DNA from: Deltaproteobacteria bacterium
GTDB taxonomy: Bacteria; Myxococcota_A; UBA9160; SMWR01
Direction: 5' to 3'
Assembly: GCA_032128375.1 (NCBI GenBank)
Contig: JAQBGU010000235.1
Coordinates: forward strand, 1 to 24,502
DNA: 24,502 bases
Shown: positions 16,526 to 24,502 of the stretch, piece after piece
Position numbering within the stretch: the first letter of the stretch is position 1
Layout of the letters: every line of letters begins with the position of its first letter
Program-made: the position numbers and the translations under genes
The notes under the pieces: generated by a model
Database searches by the model: none
Told to the model about the DNA's origin: nothing
What the model saw: only the letters and a program-made list of their open reading frames with translations

Positions 16526-18931
16526 TCAGTCGATGATCGGCTGAACGAACACTTCGCGCGGTTTGGTGCCCACCTGCGGTCCGATGATGCCTTCGTTTTC
16601 CATGTGCTCGATCATCCGGGCGGCGCGGTTGTAGCCGACCTTCAGGCGTCGCTGGACGTATGAAATCGAAGCGTTTCGCGTGTCAGCCACGATGGCGACG
16701 GCCCGATCGTACATCTCGTCGATATCCTCATCGCGTTTCGCTCCACCTTCCGCCTCCGATTCGAGCGAAATCAGCTCTTCATCGAACTTGGGGCTTCCCT
16801 GAGCGCGTAGCTGCGCGGTGATCGCTTCAACCTCGCCTTCGGTCACGAGCGCACCGTGCAGGCGCTGTAGCTTCGACGTCCCAGGGGGCAAAAACAGCAT
16901 GTCCCCGTTTCCCAACAGGTTGTCCGCTCCGTTCTGGTCGAGAATCGTTCGGGAATCGGTCCGCGACGAAACCTGAAACGACACCCGCGCTGGGAAGTTC
17001 GCCTTGATGACACCGGTCAGTACGTCAACGCTGGGCCGTTGGGTGGCCAGCACCAGATGGATTCCGGCCGCGCGCGCCATCTGCGCCAGGCGCTGGAGTG
17101 CCTCCTCTACGTCCTTGGCTGAAACCACCATCAGGTCTGCAAGTTCATCGATTACAACGACGATGTAAGGCAGCCTCCGGAACTCGACTTCATCTCCCTC
17201 CTCTTCACCAGGCTTCACTTTGAGCCGGAACGTCTTGTTTCCCTCCGCCAGCTCCTTATCCATGCGATCGTTGTACTGCGCGATGCTCCGCACACCGAGC
17301 GCGGCCATGCACTGGTAGCGCTCCTCCATTTTCCGGACGACACCAGAAAGCGCCGCCGCTGCGCGCTTGGGGTTCGTCACGACATCGGCGATCAGATGGG
17401 GAATCCCACCGTAGACCGAGAGTTCGAGGAGTTTGGGGTCGATCAATAGCAATTGCAGATCATCTGGGGTCGCTCTACACAGAAGAGAGCACAGCAGGGA
17501 ATTCAAAAACACGCTCTTGCCAGTGCCGGTCGACCCCGCCACCAGCAGGTGCGGCATCTTCGACAGGTCCGCATGAAAGGCATTGCCGTAGATATCTTTG
17601 CCCATCGCGAGGGCCAATCGCGATTTTTCGGCTCGAAAACCGTCCGACTCGAGCACTTCACGCAGATACACGGTCTCACGGTCCGGGTTGGCGACCTCGA
17701 TCCCGACGACCGATTTTCCCGGCAGCGGCGCGATGATTCGGACCGAGAGCGCGCGCAACGCAAGCGCTAGGTCGTCCGAAAGGCTGACGATGCGGTTGAC
17801 TTTGATTCCCGCGCCCGGCTCGAACTCGTACATCGTGATCACCGGGCCGGGATGAACTGTGACGCAGCGGCCGTCCACACCGAAGTCCTTGAGCTTCTTC
17901 TCGAGAATTCGCGAGTTCATGATCAAGCTTTCGCGGTCGTAGCTGTGCCCCCCGACCGGCGGCCTTTGCAAAGCGCTGATGTCGGGCAACTGATACGGTC
18001 CGCCCGTCGACGCGTTGAACGGAAACACCTCCTGAATCCCTTCTTCCCGCTTCTCATCCGCCCCGTGATCGACGATCGTCGGCACCGCGCGGCGGATCTT
18101 GCCCTGCGCGGTGCGGTCGTCCGCGATAGGATCGAGGCTCTTTCGCGCCGTGACAGACTTCGGCACGGAGTCGGGTTCGAAGGATTCACGCGAATCCTTG
18201 ACGCGGGCACGCCGCGCGCGTCGCTCCCTCCAAACGCGCAACGACCGGCCGCCGCTCCGCGCACCTCCTGCGACGTCCCCGATCGCCTGGCGCAACGCGG
18301 CGACGCCGCTGCGCGCCGAGCTCCAGATCGCCAGCGTGATGGCGGCGGCTCCGGCTCCCAACCACCCAATGAGCGTGCCGATCCCGTTCAGCGCTGCACC
18401 AGTGGAAACACCGATCACGCTCATCACACCAACGATCGCGAGCACACCGTTTCCAATCGCAGTGCCCCAGGTCCCAACGAGCCGTTGCTCGTGTACCGCG
18501 AGATATCGGCCCACGGCGCCACCTTCGGTCCCAGCAAATGGCCATGGCGAGGATTGTTGAATGATCGGAGCGAGCGTGGATACCGCCAACAACAGCAGAA
18601 CAGCCGACACCCAGAATCGCGAGGCGATCGGAGGCAGCCCGCGTCCGACGATCAGCCGAACCCCGACCACGCCCGCCGCGATGACCAACACCACCGACGC
18701 GTAGCCAAGTGTCCGGAAGAGCACCGATGCGACTGCGGTGCCTACGATCCCCGAGCGGCTCGCGGCCAGCGCCCGCTCCGGGTCCGCCGGCGAATAGGCC
18801 AGCAGCGCTAGACCAGCGAGCAGCACAGCCCCGGTCAGCGCGAAGCCGAGGCATTCCTCGACAACCCGTCGCGAGATCGGCTTCTCGGATCGTTTCTCGG
18901 ACTTCCGCCCGCGGACGGCTGCCCTAGCCAA
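16526..18931 (-). CDS. ftsK: DNA translocase FtsK
   Basis: N-terminal multi-TM domain, GPVITMYE, MPHLLVAGSTGTGKS, IDELADLM, ATQRPSVDV, gamma domain SISYVQRRLKVGYNRAAR; exact start uncertain (TTG). Confidence 0.97.
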   Translation of the reverse strand: MARAAVRGRKSEKRSEKPISRRVVEECLGFALTGAVLLAGLALLAYSPADPERALAASRSGIVGTAVASVLFRTLGYASVVLVIAAGVVGVRLIVGRGLPPIASRFWVSAVLLLLAVSTLAPIIQQSSPWPFAGTEGGAVGRYLAVHEQRLVGTWGTAIGNGVLAIVGVMSVIGVSTGAALNGIGTLIGWLGAGAAAITLAIWSSARSGVAALRQAIGDVAGGARSGGRSLRVWRERRARRARVKDSRESFEPDSVPKSVTARKSLDPIADDRTAQGKIRRAVPTIVDHGADEKREEGIQEVFPFNASTGGPYQLPDISALQRPPVGGHSYDRESLIMNSRILEKKLKDFGVDGRCVTVHPGPVITMYEFEPGAGIKVNRIVSLSDDLALALRALSVRIIAPLPGKSVVGIEVANPDRETVYLREVLESDGFRAEKSRLALAMGKDIYGNAFHADLSKMPHLLVAGSTGTGKSVFLNSLLCSLLCRATPDDLQLLLIDPKLLELSVYGGIPHLIADVVTNPKRAAAALSGVVRKMEERYQCMAALGVRSIAQYNDRMDKELAEGNKTFRLKVKPGEEEGDEVEFRRLPYIVVVIDELADLMVVSAKDVEEALQRLAQMARAAGIHLVLATQRPSVDVLTGVIKANFPARVSFQVSSRTDSRTILDQNGADNLLGNGDMLFLPPGTSKLQRLHGALVTEGEVEAITAQLRAQGSPKFDEELISLESEAEGGAKRDEDIDEMYDRAVAIVADTRNASISYVQRRLKVGYNRAARMIEHMENEGIIGPQVGTKPREVFVQPIID

Positions 18932-19198
18932 TGCAATTACTCTGACGAATAACGCCCCTCACCCCTTTGGGACGGAACAGACCCGAGAGTAGACGGCCCC
19001 TGAGCTACCTACAACAAGACGGGTTGCCAATGTGGATTGCTGCGCTCTGCTGTCTGGGCTCGGTCCGATCCGCCGCGCGGACGCCCTATTGGCCGAAGCC
19101 GACCAGGCGGCAACGAGACCGCGCACGGGAAGGGCGGGCCGCGTGAACGGCCGTTCATCGCGGATGCGCGTTGCAAAACAGGGTTTCACCCACCGGTG

Positions 19199-19227
19199 TT
19201 GACGTCGTCACCGAGTGGCGGGATGAT
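19199..19227 (+). promoter_or_regulatory. Possible sigma70 promoter for ssb
   Basis: TTGACG-N17-GATGAT, ~37 nt upstream of the ssb ATG. Confidence 0.4.
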
Positions 19228-19264
19228 GGGAGCCTCACCCCCTGCACCGACGGAGAAGCCTTTC

Positions 19265-19699
19265 ATGGCCAGCGTAAACAAAGTAATTCTCGTGGGAAAT
19301 CTCGGACGCGATCCCGAGCTTCGCTACACACAGAGTGGTCAGGCTGTTGCGACATTTTCGATCGCAACCACCGACCGATGGCGCGACAAAGAAGGCGCCA
19401 ACCAGGAGCGGACTGAATGGCACCGTATCGTGGTCTGGGGCAAGTCTGCTGAGAACTGCGCGCAATACCTGCAAAAGGGGAGGAGTGCGTATATTGAGGG
19501 CAGACTCCAGACCAACGAGTGGGAAGACAAGGAAGGCAACAAGCGCACTACCACGGAAATCATCGCTCAGAGCGTGCAGTTCCTAGGCGGCCGCGGCGGC
19601 GGAAGCGGTGGGAGTGGCGGCGATGTTGACGGCGGTGACGAGTCGGGCGGCCCGAGCACGCCGATGGGACCCCCCCCGGGGGACGACGTCCCGTTCTAA
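19265..19699 (+). CDS. ssb: Single-stranded DNA-binding protein
   Basis: [39 protein letters not shown], Gly-rich linker, DDVPF tail; ATG 19265 after GGAG. Confidence 0.98.
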   Translation: MASVNKVILVGNLGRDPELRYTQSGQAVATFSIATTDRWRDKEGANQERTEWHRIVVWGKSAENCAQYLQKGRSAYIEGRLQTNEWEDKEGNKRTTTEIIAQSVQFLGGRGGGSGGSGGDVDGGDESGGPSTPMGPPPGDDVPF

Positions 19700-19745
19700 A
19701 TTCCCCGCGGAACGCGTCGGAGATATCGGCCGTCAACCATACAGG

Positions 19746-19801
19746 GTCAAAGATCCAAGGTTGAAGGTCGAGGGTTGAAGGTCAAAGGTCAAAGGTCAAA
19801 A
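19746..19801. repeat. Eight degenerate tandem heptamers (GTYRAAG-like)
   Basis: gtcaaag-atccaag-gttgaag-gtcgagg-gttgaag-gtcaaag-gtcaaag-gtcaaaa. Confidence 0.8.
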
Positions 19802-19838
19802 AAGGAGGGACTGCCCACGACGCTGTGAGCAGTCCCTC
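19798..19838 (-). terminator. Rho-independent terminator for the PilZ gene, possibly also used by ssb
   Basis: Stem GAGGGACTGC / GCAGTCCCTC, followed on the minus strand by CTTTTTT. Confidence 0.8.
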
Positions 19839-19884
19839 TTGCGAATGCGTCAGTGAACCACCCAAGCCTGAGGGTTCCCGCCGG

Positions 19885-20256
19885 CTACTTGGTTCGAAGC
19901 TTGCGGATAACGTCGTCGATCAAGTCGCGGCAGTTGCGATCGAGGTTCTCGAATTCGATCCCCATGCCCGACCCGTCGGGCCCGTCGTGGTCAACGCGCA
20001 CCACTCGCCCAATCACTTCGAGTGGTCCGTCCATCCCGGGCAGCTTGAACTCGAGTTCGACGGTCGTACCCACAGGCTGAGGGGCTTCAGACTCGATGAA
20101 TATTCCACCCTCGTTTACGTTTCGGGCGAACTCGGAAAACAACGCATCGACCGCGGTGTAGTTGACTCGAACCAAAAGGTCCGCTCGAGGCGAATTACGC
20201 CGCTCGATCCCCTCGATGAGTTCGGGAGAAACCGCCGGGTGAGCTGATCTTGCCAT
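19885..20256 (-). CDS. Stand-alone PilZ-domain protein (TIGR02266-like, myxobacterial type)
   Basis: RRNSPR (RxxxR), FARNVNEGGIFIES..P.PVGTTVELEFKLP, GRVVR, GMGIEF; start placed at ATG 20256. Confidence 0.85.
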   Translation of the reverse strand: MARSAHPAVSPELIEGIERRNSPRADLLVRVNYTAVDALFSEFARNVNEGGIFIESEAPQPVGTTVELEFKLPGMDGPLEVIGRVVRVDHDGPDGSGMGIEFENLDRNCRDLIDDVIRKLRTK

Positions 20257-20362
20257 CGGCACACGACCCGAGATCGACAGCTGGGAAGACCCCAACGTCC
20301 AATTCCGCTCATCGGCCGACCCGACCCGCGCCCTTAGTCGACTTTTGTAAAACCGTTCCGCG

Positions 20363-21232
20363 CTATCGAGTGGGCGGAGAGTCCGGTACCGCAGAGCCTG
20401 GTTGACGCGTCGTGTCGGCAAACAGTCCCAACTGCGAATACGGACCGGGAGTTGCGTGATCGGCAGCCGCCGGAAGAACGCCCTCCTCCCGGAGGCTGCA
20501 GTACCCGCGCTCCGCCAGAATCACGTGGTCCAGCACGCGCACACCCAGGATCTCGCCCGCGCGCGACAAGCGAATCGTCACTTCCCGATCTTCGCGACTC
20601 GGGGTTGGGTCACCGCTCGGATGGTTGTGAACCAACACCAGCGCCGCGGCGGCATCCCGCAGTGCTGGCCGAAAGACTTCGCGTGGATGCACAAGGCTCG
20701 CAGTCAGGGTTCCCTGCGAAACGACCTCGGTTCGCATCACACGGTGTCTCGCGTCGAGTAACACGACCACGAAGCGCTCCTGACGTAGATCGCGAAGCTC
20801 CGGTTGGAAGTGGCGAAAGATGTCCACCGGACTGCGCATCGCCGTACCGGCAACCAATTTCCTTCGTTCCATCCGTCGACCGATCTCGAGCGCAGCCAGA
20901 ATCGAAGCACTCTTTGCCGGTCCGATTCCAGGCGATCGTGAGAGTTCGGCGCCGTTCGCCTGCGACACTCGGCGTAGACCGCCATGTCGGTTCAGTAATT
21001 CGGACGCCACTGCGAGCGCGTCATTGCTGCGATCGCCGGTGCGCAACACCAGAGCGATCAATTCTGCATCACTCAAAGCACCCGGGCCCGACGTCTCGAG
21101 CCGTTCACGCGGTCGATCATCTGCGCGGTCTGCGCGGGTGTCTCTGGGGAGATCCGTCCTGGCGTGAGTGGCGGCGGTGGATCGAATCGCAAAATCCGAG
21201 GCTGTGCTCAGGGGGTTCGTAGAGTCGGGCAT
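20363..21232 (-). CDS. radC: RadC family JAB-domain protein
   Basis: RPRERL...GPGALSDAELIALVL, HhH GIGPAK, VHPREVF, HNHPSGDPTPSRED, LDHVIL; start at 21232 or 21262. Confidence 0.94.
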   Translation of the reverse strand: MPDSTNPLSTASDFAIRSTAATHARTDLPRDTRADRADDRPRERLETSGPGALSDAELIALVLRTGDRSNDALAVASELLNRHGGLRRVSQANGAELSRSPGIGPAKSASILAALEIGRRMERRKLVAGTAMRSPVDIFRHFQPELRDLRQERFVVVLLDARHRVMRTEVVSQGTLTASLVHPREVFRPALRDAAAALVLVHNHPSGDPTPSREDREVTIRLSRAGEILGVRVLDHVILAERGYCSLREEGVLPAAADHATPGPYSQLGLFADTTRQPGSAVPDSPPTR

Positions 21233-21433
21233 GGCTGTCCCCGGGACCGGGGATTGAACCATAGCGCGATCATCGAACTCGGTCAGCGTCGCCGCGAAAC
21301 GCGGTCGAACGCCCCAGGCCGGCCCAGTTACGAGTCTGCTGCAGGTCTTCCACCTCGAGCGCCGAACGACGTTGTTAGGCGCTTACCGCGGGCCTCGGTA
21401 GAAGCTGCCGCGGGGTTCCACGAGGAACCGAAA

Positions 21434-22702
21434 TCATGAACTCGGGCTCGAACTGCCAGCGTCTGCTGTCGCGTTGTTGGCTCCGCACTGCGTTTCCAGA
21501 TTCTCGGCAACTCCCACGATCGCGTCGAAATTTTCGCTTGCCACTTCCGGCGCCACCAGGCCTCGCAGTGTATTTCGCCGGAACTCCGCGGGCTCGAGCT
21601 CCGCTACGAAGGTCCGCAGCAGCGCCAGGTAGCCGGTTGCCTGGAAAGACTGGGTACTCGCAGCAGACAGTTCGATCGGCAGATGCGGACGAAACTTCGA
21701 TCCATTCTCGAGCGCAATGACACCGTCAGGGGACACTTCGCCGAGACGCTTCAACGCTCCGCGCAGGTACCTATCGGTAAATCCACCGGATGGCGCGAGC
21801 GCACGGGACAGCGCATCTCGCTCTAGCTGGTTACGCAGTGAACTGTCGTAGGCCAACGCACAACCCGTAACGTCACTGGTTTGGATTCGGCTGAGCGCCG
21901 CGAGTGCATGATCGACCGCGGATGCGCCTCCATCGGTCGGGTTCAGGGTGAGGGTAAACTGATGCAGACCGCGTACGGGGTCGTACCCCTGCGTGGAGCG
22001 CGTCTCGACATTTCCCTGCGCGCTCTGTGTCAGTGTGACCCGGACCACGAGGTCCTCGCCGAGTTGCTGGGCCTTGAGCGATTTGATATTCGCGCTCGTG
22101 ATTCCCTTCATGGTTTCGCCCGAACTCTTGGTCTTGCCCGTTTCGGTGAGCACCACCGAGAAGCCGTCCGAAGCCTTCTGTACGCGAAACGTCAACGCTT
22201 CTTTCGTCAGAAAGGTCAGAGAACCTCGACCCGAGAAATAGGTATGGGTCATTGCTTCGAGCGAATTCGGAAGAGGCGACAGATCGATCATCACGCTCTT
22301 TTCCTTCGACCGAACCTTGACGTGGATTTCCTCCTGGCGATAGCCGTCGAGGAGCGCGCGAATCGTGATCGAATCGCGCGGCCCCGCTTCGATTCGGCTG
22401 GGTAGCCGCAACAAGATGGGTGACTCGGCCTGCTCGAAGCGCTTCTGGAAATTGGCGCGAACATAGAAAAGGTCGAGCACCGCACCGGATGGCGTCGTGT
22501 CGATCTCGATCTCGCGAGCGTCGTACCAGTAGCCTGGTCCGCCCATGAATATTCCGGTCACCGGCGCGAAGACGTTTGTCGCACCCCAGCTCGAACGATC
22601 CGACGGAATCAGTTCGATGACTTCCCGTTCGGCCTGCGCCGGAAGCGCGAGCAGCGTAGTAATCGCAAGGGCAACAAGTTGGGTTGTTCCGATCAGTTTC
22701 AT
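21434..22702 (-). CDS. Hypothetical secreted protein (signal peptide; PEGA-like and possibly AMIN-like beta domains; helical C-terminus)
   Basis: MKLIGTTQLVALAITTLLALPAQA signal; IEIDTTPSGA...ITIRALLDGY is PEGA-like; GAGG SD before ATG 22702. Confidence 0.7.
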   Translation of the reverse strand: MKLIGTTQLVALAITTLLALPAQAEREVIELIPSDRSSWGATNVFAPVTGIFMGGPGYWYDAREIEIDTTPSGAVLDLFYVRANFQKRFEQAESPILLRLPSRIEAGPRDSITIRALLDGYRQEEIHVKVRSKEKSVMIDLSPLPNSLEAMTHTYFSGRGSLTFLTKEALTFRVQKASDGFSVVLTETGKTKSSGETMKGITSANIKSLKAQQLGEDLVVRVTLTQSAQGNVETRSTQGYDPVRGLHQFTLTLNPTDGGASAVDHALAALSRIQTSDVTGCALAYDSSLRNQLERDALSRALAPSGGFTDRYLRGALKRLGEVSPDGVIALENGSKFRPHLPIELSAASTQSFQATGYLALLRTFVAELEPAEFRRNTLRGLVAPEVASENFDAIVGVAENLETQCGANNATADAGSSSPSS

Positions 22703-22836
22703 GAAATCCTCACCCGGCCCATCAGGGTAACCGTGAGACAATCCCGATCACAACACATAATCGGACTGAGAACGATGCGGGTGTTGAACAGATCCACGCG
22801 AGTGACTCGCGACTGCCAGCGAGCGTAGCTGGATTC

Positions 22837-22884
22837 CCAGCCGCTCGACTTTCAGCGGCCAGCGGCTCGACTTTCAGCGGCTGG
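22837..22884. repeat. 22-bp tandem duplication enclosed by a 9-bp inverted repeat
   Basis: ccagccgctcgactttcagcgg / ccagcggctcgactttcagcgg (21/22 identical); CCAGCCGCT...AGCGGCTGG. Confidence 0.8.
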
Positions 22885-22922
22885 AGCTCGGGCGAAGCTC
22901 GACGGCAGTCAGACGCAACAGA

Positions 22923-23867
22923 CTAGCGGCTGAATATCGGCTGGGCTGGCGGTGTTTGCGTTCGATGCCAGCTTTCTTCGAACTGATCGGCTGCACTGCG
23001 CGCGTGCGGATGAGATGCGCGCCGCAGCCGGCCGGCTACCACTTGGCCATCGCCGCGTCGGGCGGCGCGCGCCGCGAAGGGCGCGATGAAAGCCCCGCGA
23101 TCGGCCTCATCGGGGCTGTTGATCGCCGCGAGAAAGGCTTCGGGTTGCGCCTTGGCTCGATCGATCTGTTCGTCGAGATCCAAGTACTGCGGGTCGGGGT
23201 CGATGCGCCCGTAGAAGCCAACACCGGTTTGCTGATTGGACCGAAACAGCCGAATCGCGAGATTCTGTTCAGTGGAGGTCAGACGCGGTTGAACGGCAAA
23301 GAGTGCCGAGCCGGATGCAGATGCTTGCTCGACGGCGGTGCTGCGCCCGGGCAACGTCGCGGGCTTGTCATCCCAGATGCGCCTCTCGATACCGTCTTGA
23401 ATTCGGCTCGAGGCATTTCCTTTTGCGACAGCAAGGCTTGCGAGACCAGGGTCGACTCGGGTGGGGTTTGCGAGCGTGTCAGACGGGCGTAACAGGACGT
23501 TCGCGGATCTCTGCTCGACGGGCATCCCAATGCCGTTGTTCATCGTTGCAAACAGCACCAATCCGGCGATTCCGGCCGCCAGCGGCGCCGCGACGCGCGG
23601 GTCGAAGAACCACCGAAACCCAGCCGGCAAGCGCGCGATGCGCGTCTCACCCGATTCGATTCGGTCCATTACATCTGCGACCAGATGTGGTGGTGGCTGT
23701 GGAGTGGGCAACGACCGTAACAGCGCGACGGTCGAGCGCAATTCGTGCAGCTCGCGCCTGCATTCGGCGCACTGTCGCAGGTGTCCATCGATCTCGGTAC
23801 GAACCGGGAGAGCCAGATCAGCTTCGAGGTGATCGCCAAGGAGGGCGCGTGTCCGGGCGCATTTCAC
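22923..23867 (-). CDS. ZAS (zf-HC2) membrane anti-sigma factor
   Basis: C-x-...HLRQCAEC (HxxxCxxC), TM VAAPLAAGIAGLVLFATM, extracytoplasmic C-terminus; GTGA overlap with the sigma factor stop. Confidence 0.9.
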   Translation of the reverse strand: MKCARTRALLGDHLEADLALPVRTEIDGHLRQCAECRRELHELRSTVALLRSLPTPQPPPHLVADVMDRIESGETRIARLPAGFRWFFDPRVAAPLAAGIAGLVLFATMNNGIGMPVEQRSANVLLRPSDTLANPTRVDPGLASLAVAKGNASSRIQDGIERRIWDDKPATLPGRSTAVEQASASGSALFAVQPRLTSTEQNLAIRLFRSNQQTGVGFYGRIDPDPQYLDLDEQIDRAKAQPEAFLAAINSPDEADRGAFIAPFAARAARRGDGQVVAGRLRRASHPHARSAADQFEESWHRTQTPPAQPIFSR

Positions 23868-24472
23868 GGTGTGTCTCCTTCCATATCTGCGGTTACCAAA
23901 CCCTTGAGGCGTTCGCGAAGAGCACTTCGAGCGCGATGGATTCGCGACTTGACGGTGCCCTCCGGAATACTGAGTGCGCTGGCAATCTCCTTATAGGACA
24001 GGCCTTCGATATCGTAGAGCACCGTCGCCATGCGGAGATCAGCAGGTAGTCGCAGCAACGCTTCCTGAACGCGGGATTGAGACTCGACGCCGCTGGCGAA
24101 GGACTCGGGATCGCGCGGGGCGGAGGGAAGATCGTCACCGGCGGCGTTGCGGGCTTGGAGCTGGCGAATCCGAGCGTTCTTTCGGCCAAGCGTCCGGCGG
24201 CGGTTCAGCGCCGCGTTGGCGGCCACCCGGTAGATGAAAGTCGAAAAACGGGCGTCGTGGCGAAACTTGTGCCCGTGGCGGTGGAGGCTCAAGAAAGTCT
24301 CCTGCGAGACATCCTCGGCCTCCTCGCGACTGCCCAGCATGCGCATCAACAGTCGAAACACACGGGTCTCGTGTCGGCGTATCAGCTCTTCGAAGGCGCT
24401 GGCGTCGCCCGCTTGCCAGCGAACCACCAACTCGCCGTCCGGGTCCACCTCGCGATAGTTCCCGCTCGCCAT
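23864..24472 (-). CDS. ECF RNA polymerase sigma-70 factor (RpoE/SigW-like)
   Basis: GDASAFEEL, EAEDVSQETF, FSTFIYRVAAN, GLSYKEIA..L.IPEGTVKSRIHRAR. Confidence 0.95.
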   Translation of the reverse strand: MASGNYREVDPDGELVVRWQAGDASAFEELIRRHETRVFRLLMRMLGSREEAEDVSQETFLSLHRHGHKFRHDARFSTFIYRVAANAALNRRRTLGRKNARIRQLQARNAAGDDLPSAPRDPESFASGVESQSRVQEALLRLPADLRMATVLYDIEGLSYKEIASALSIPEGTVKSRIHRARSALRERLKGLVTADMEGDTP

Positions 24473-24502
24473 CGGCCTAGCCGTACGAGTTGCCGGTCTG
24501 GC

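Noticed and set aside
19037..19264. 76-aa N-terminal extension of SSB in the ORF track
   Set aside because: The canonical MASVNKV start has its own SD and a nearby promoter-like motif; the extension looks non-coding.
22760..22790. ECF-type promoter (CAAC...TCCGA) upstream of the secreted protein
   Set aside because: Weak -35 match and spacing about one base short; not distinguishable from chance without the cognate motif.
291..24458. Numerous long antisense or alternate-frame ORFs, and the repeats as CRISPR arrays
   Set aside because: The ORFs are shadows of real genes in high-GC DNA; the repeats have no spacers and no cas genes are present.

Overview
High-GC bacterial chromosomal segment. 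The host is inferred to be a diderm, probably Myxococcota/deltaproteobacteria-like, from ftsK-lolA, a TIGR02266-style PilZ protein, MreB with an N-terminal amphipathic helix, and pgpA-cinA-thpR-recA synteny. Most of the window is housekeeping genes: recA, thpR, cinA, pgpA, ruvX, mltG, an SCP2 protein, mreB, lolA, ftsK, ssb, PilZ, radC, a secreted protein, and an ECF sigma/ZAS anti-sigma pair. The centre carries a complete, apparently intact Pup-proteasome operon (arc/mpa-dop-pup[GGQ]-prcB-prcA-pafA, 8176-14936, minus strand) with actinobacterial gene order. It lacks pafBC, and an unknown membrane coiled-coil gene sits in that slot. A near-consensus sigma54 (-24/-12) promoter lies ~55-70 bp upstream of arc, inside an 825-bp intergenic region rich in hairpins that also holds a strong sigma70 promoter. 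The most interesting hypothesis is a sigma54-controlled Pup-proteasome system in a Gram-negative host, with N-terminally extended Pup and Arc. No mobile element, CRISPR array, rRNA or tRNA was recognised. All calls come from visual motif recognition; no searches were run.
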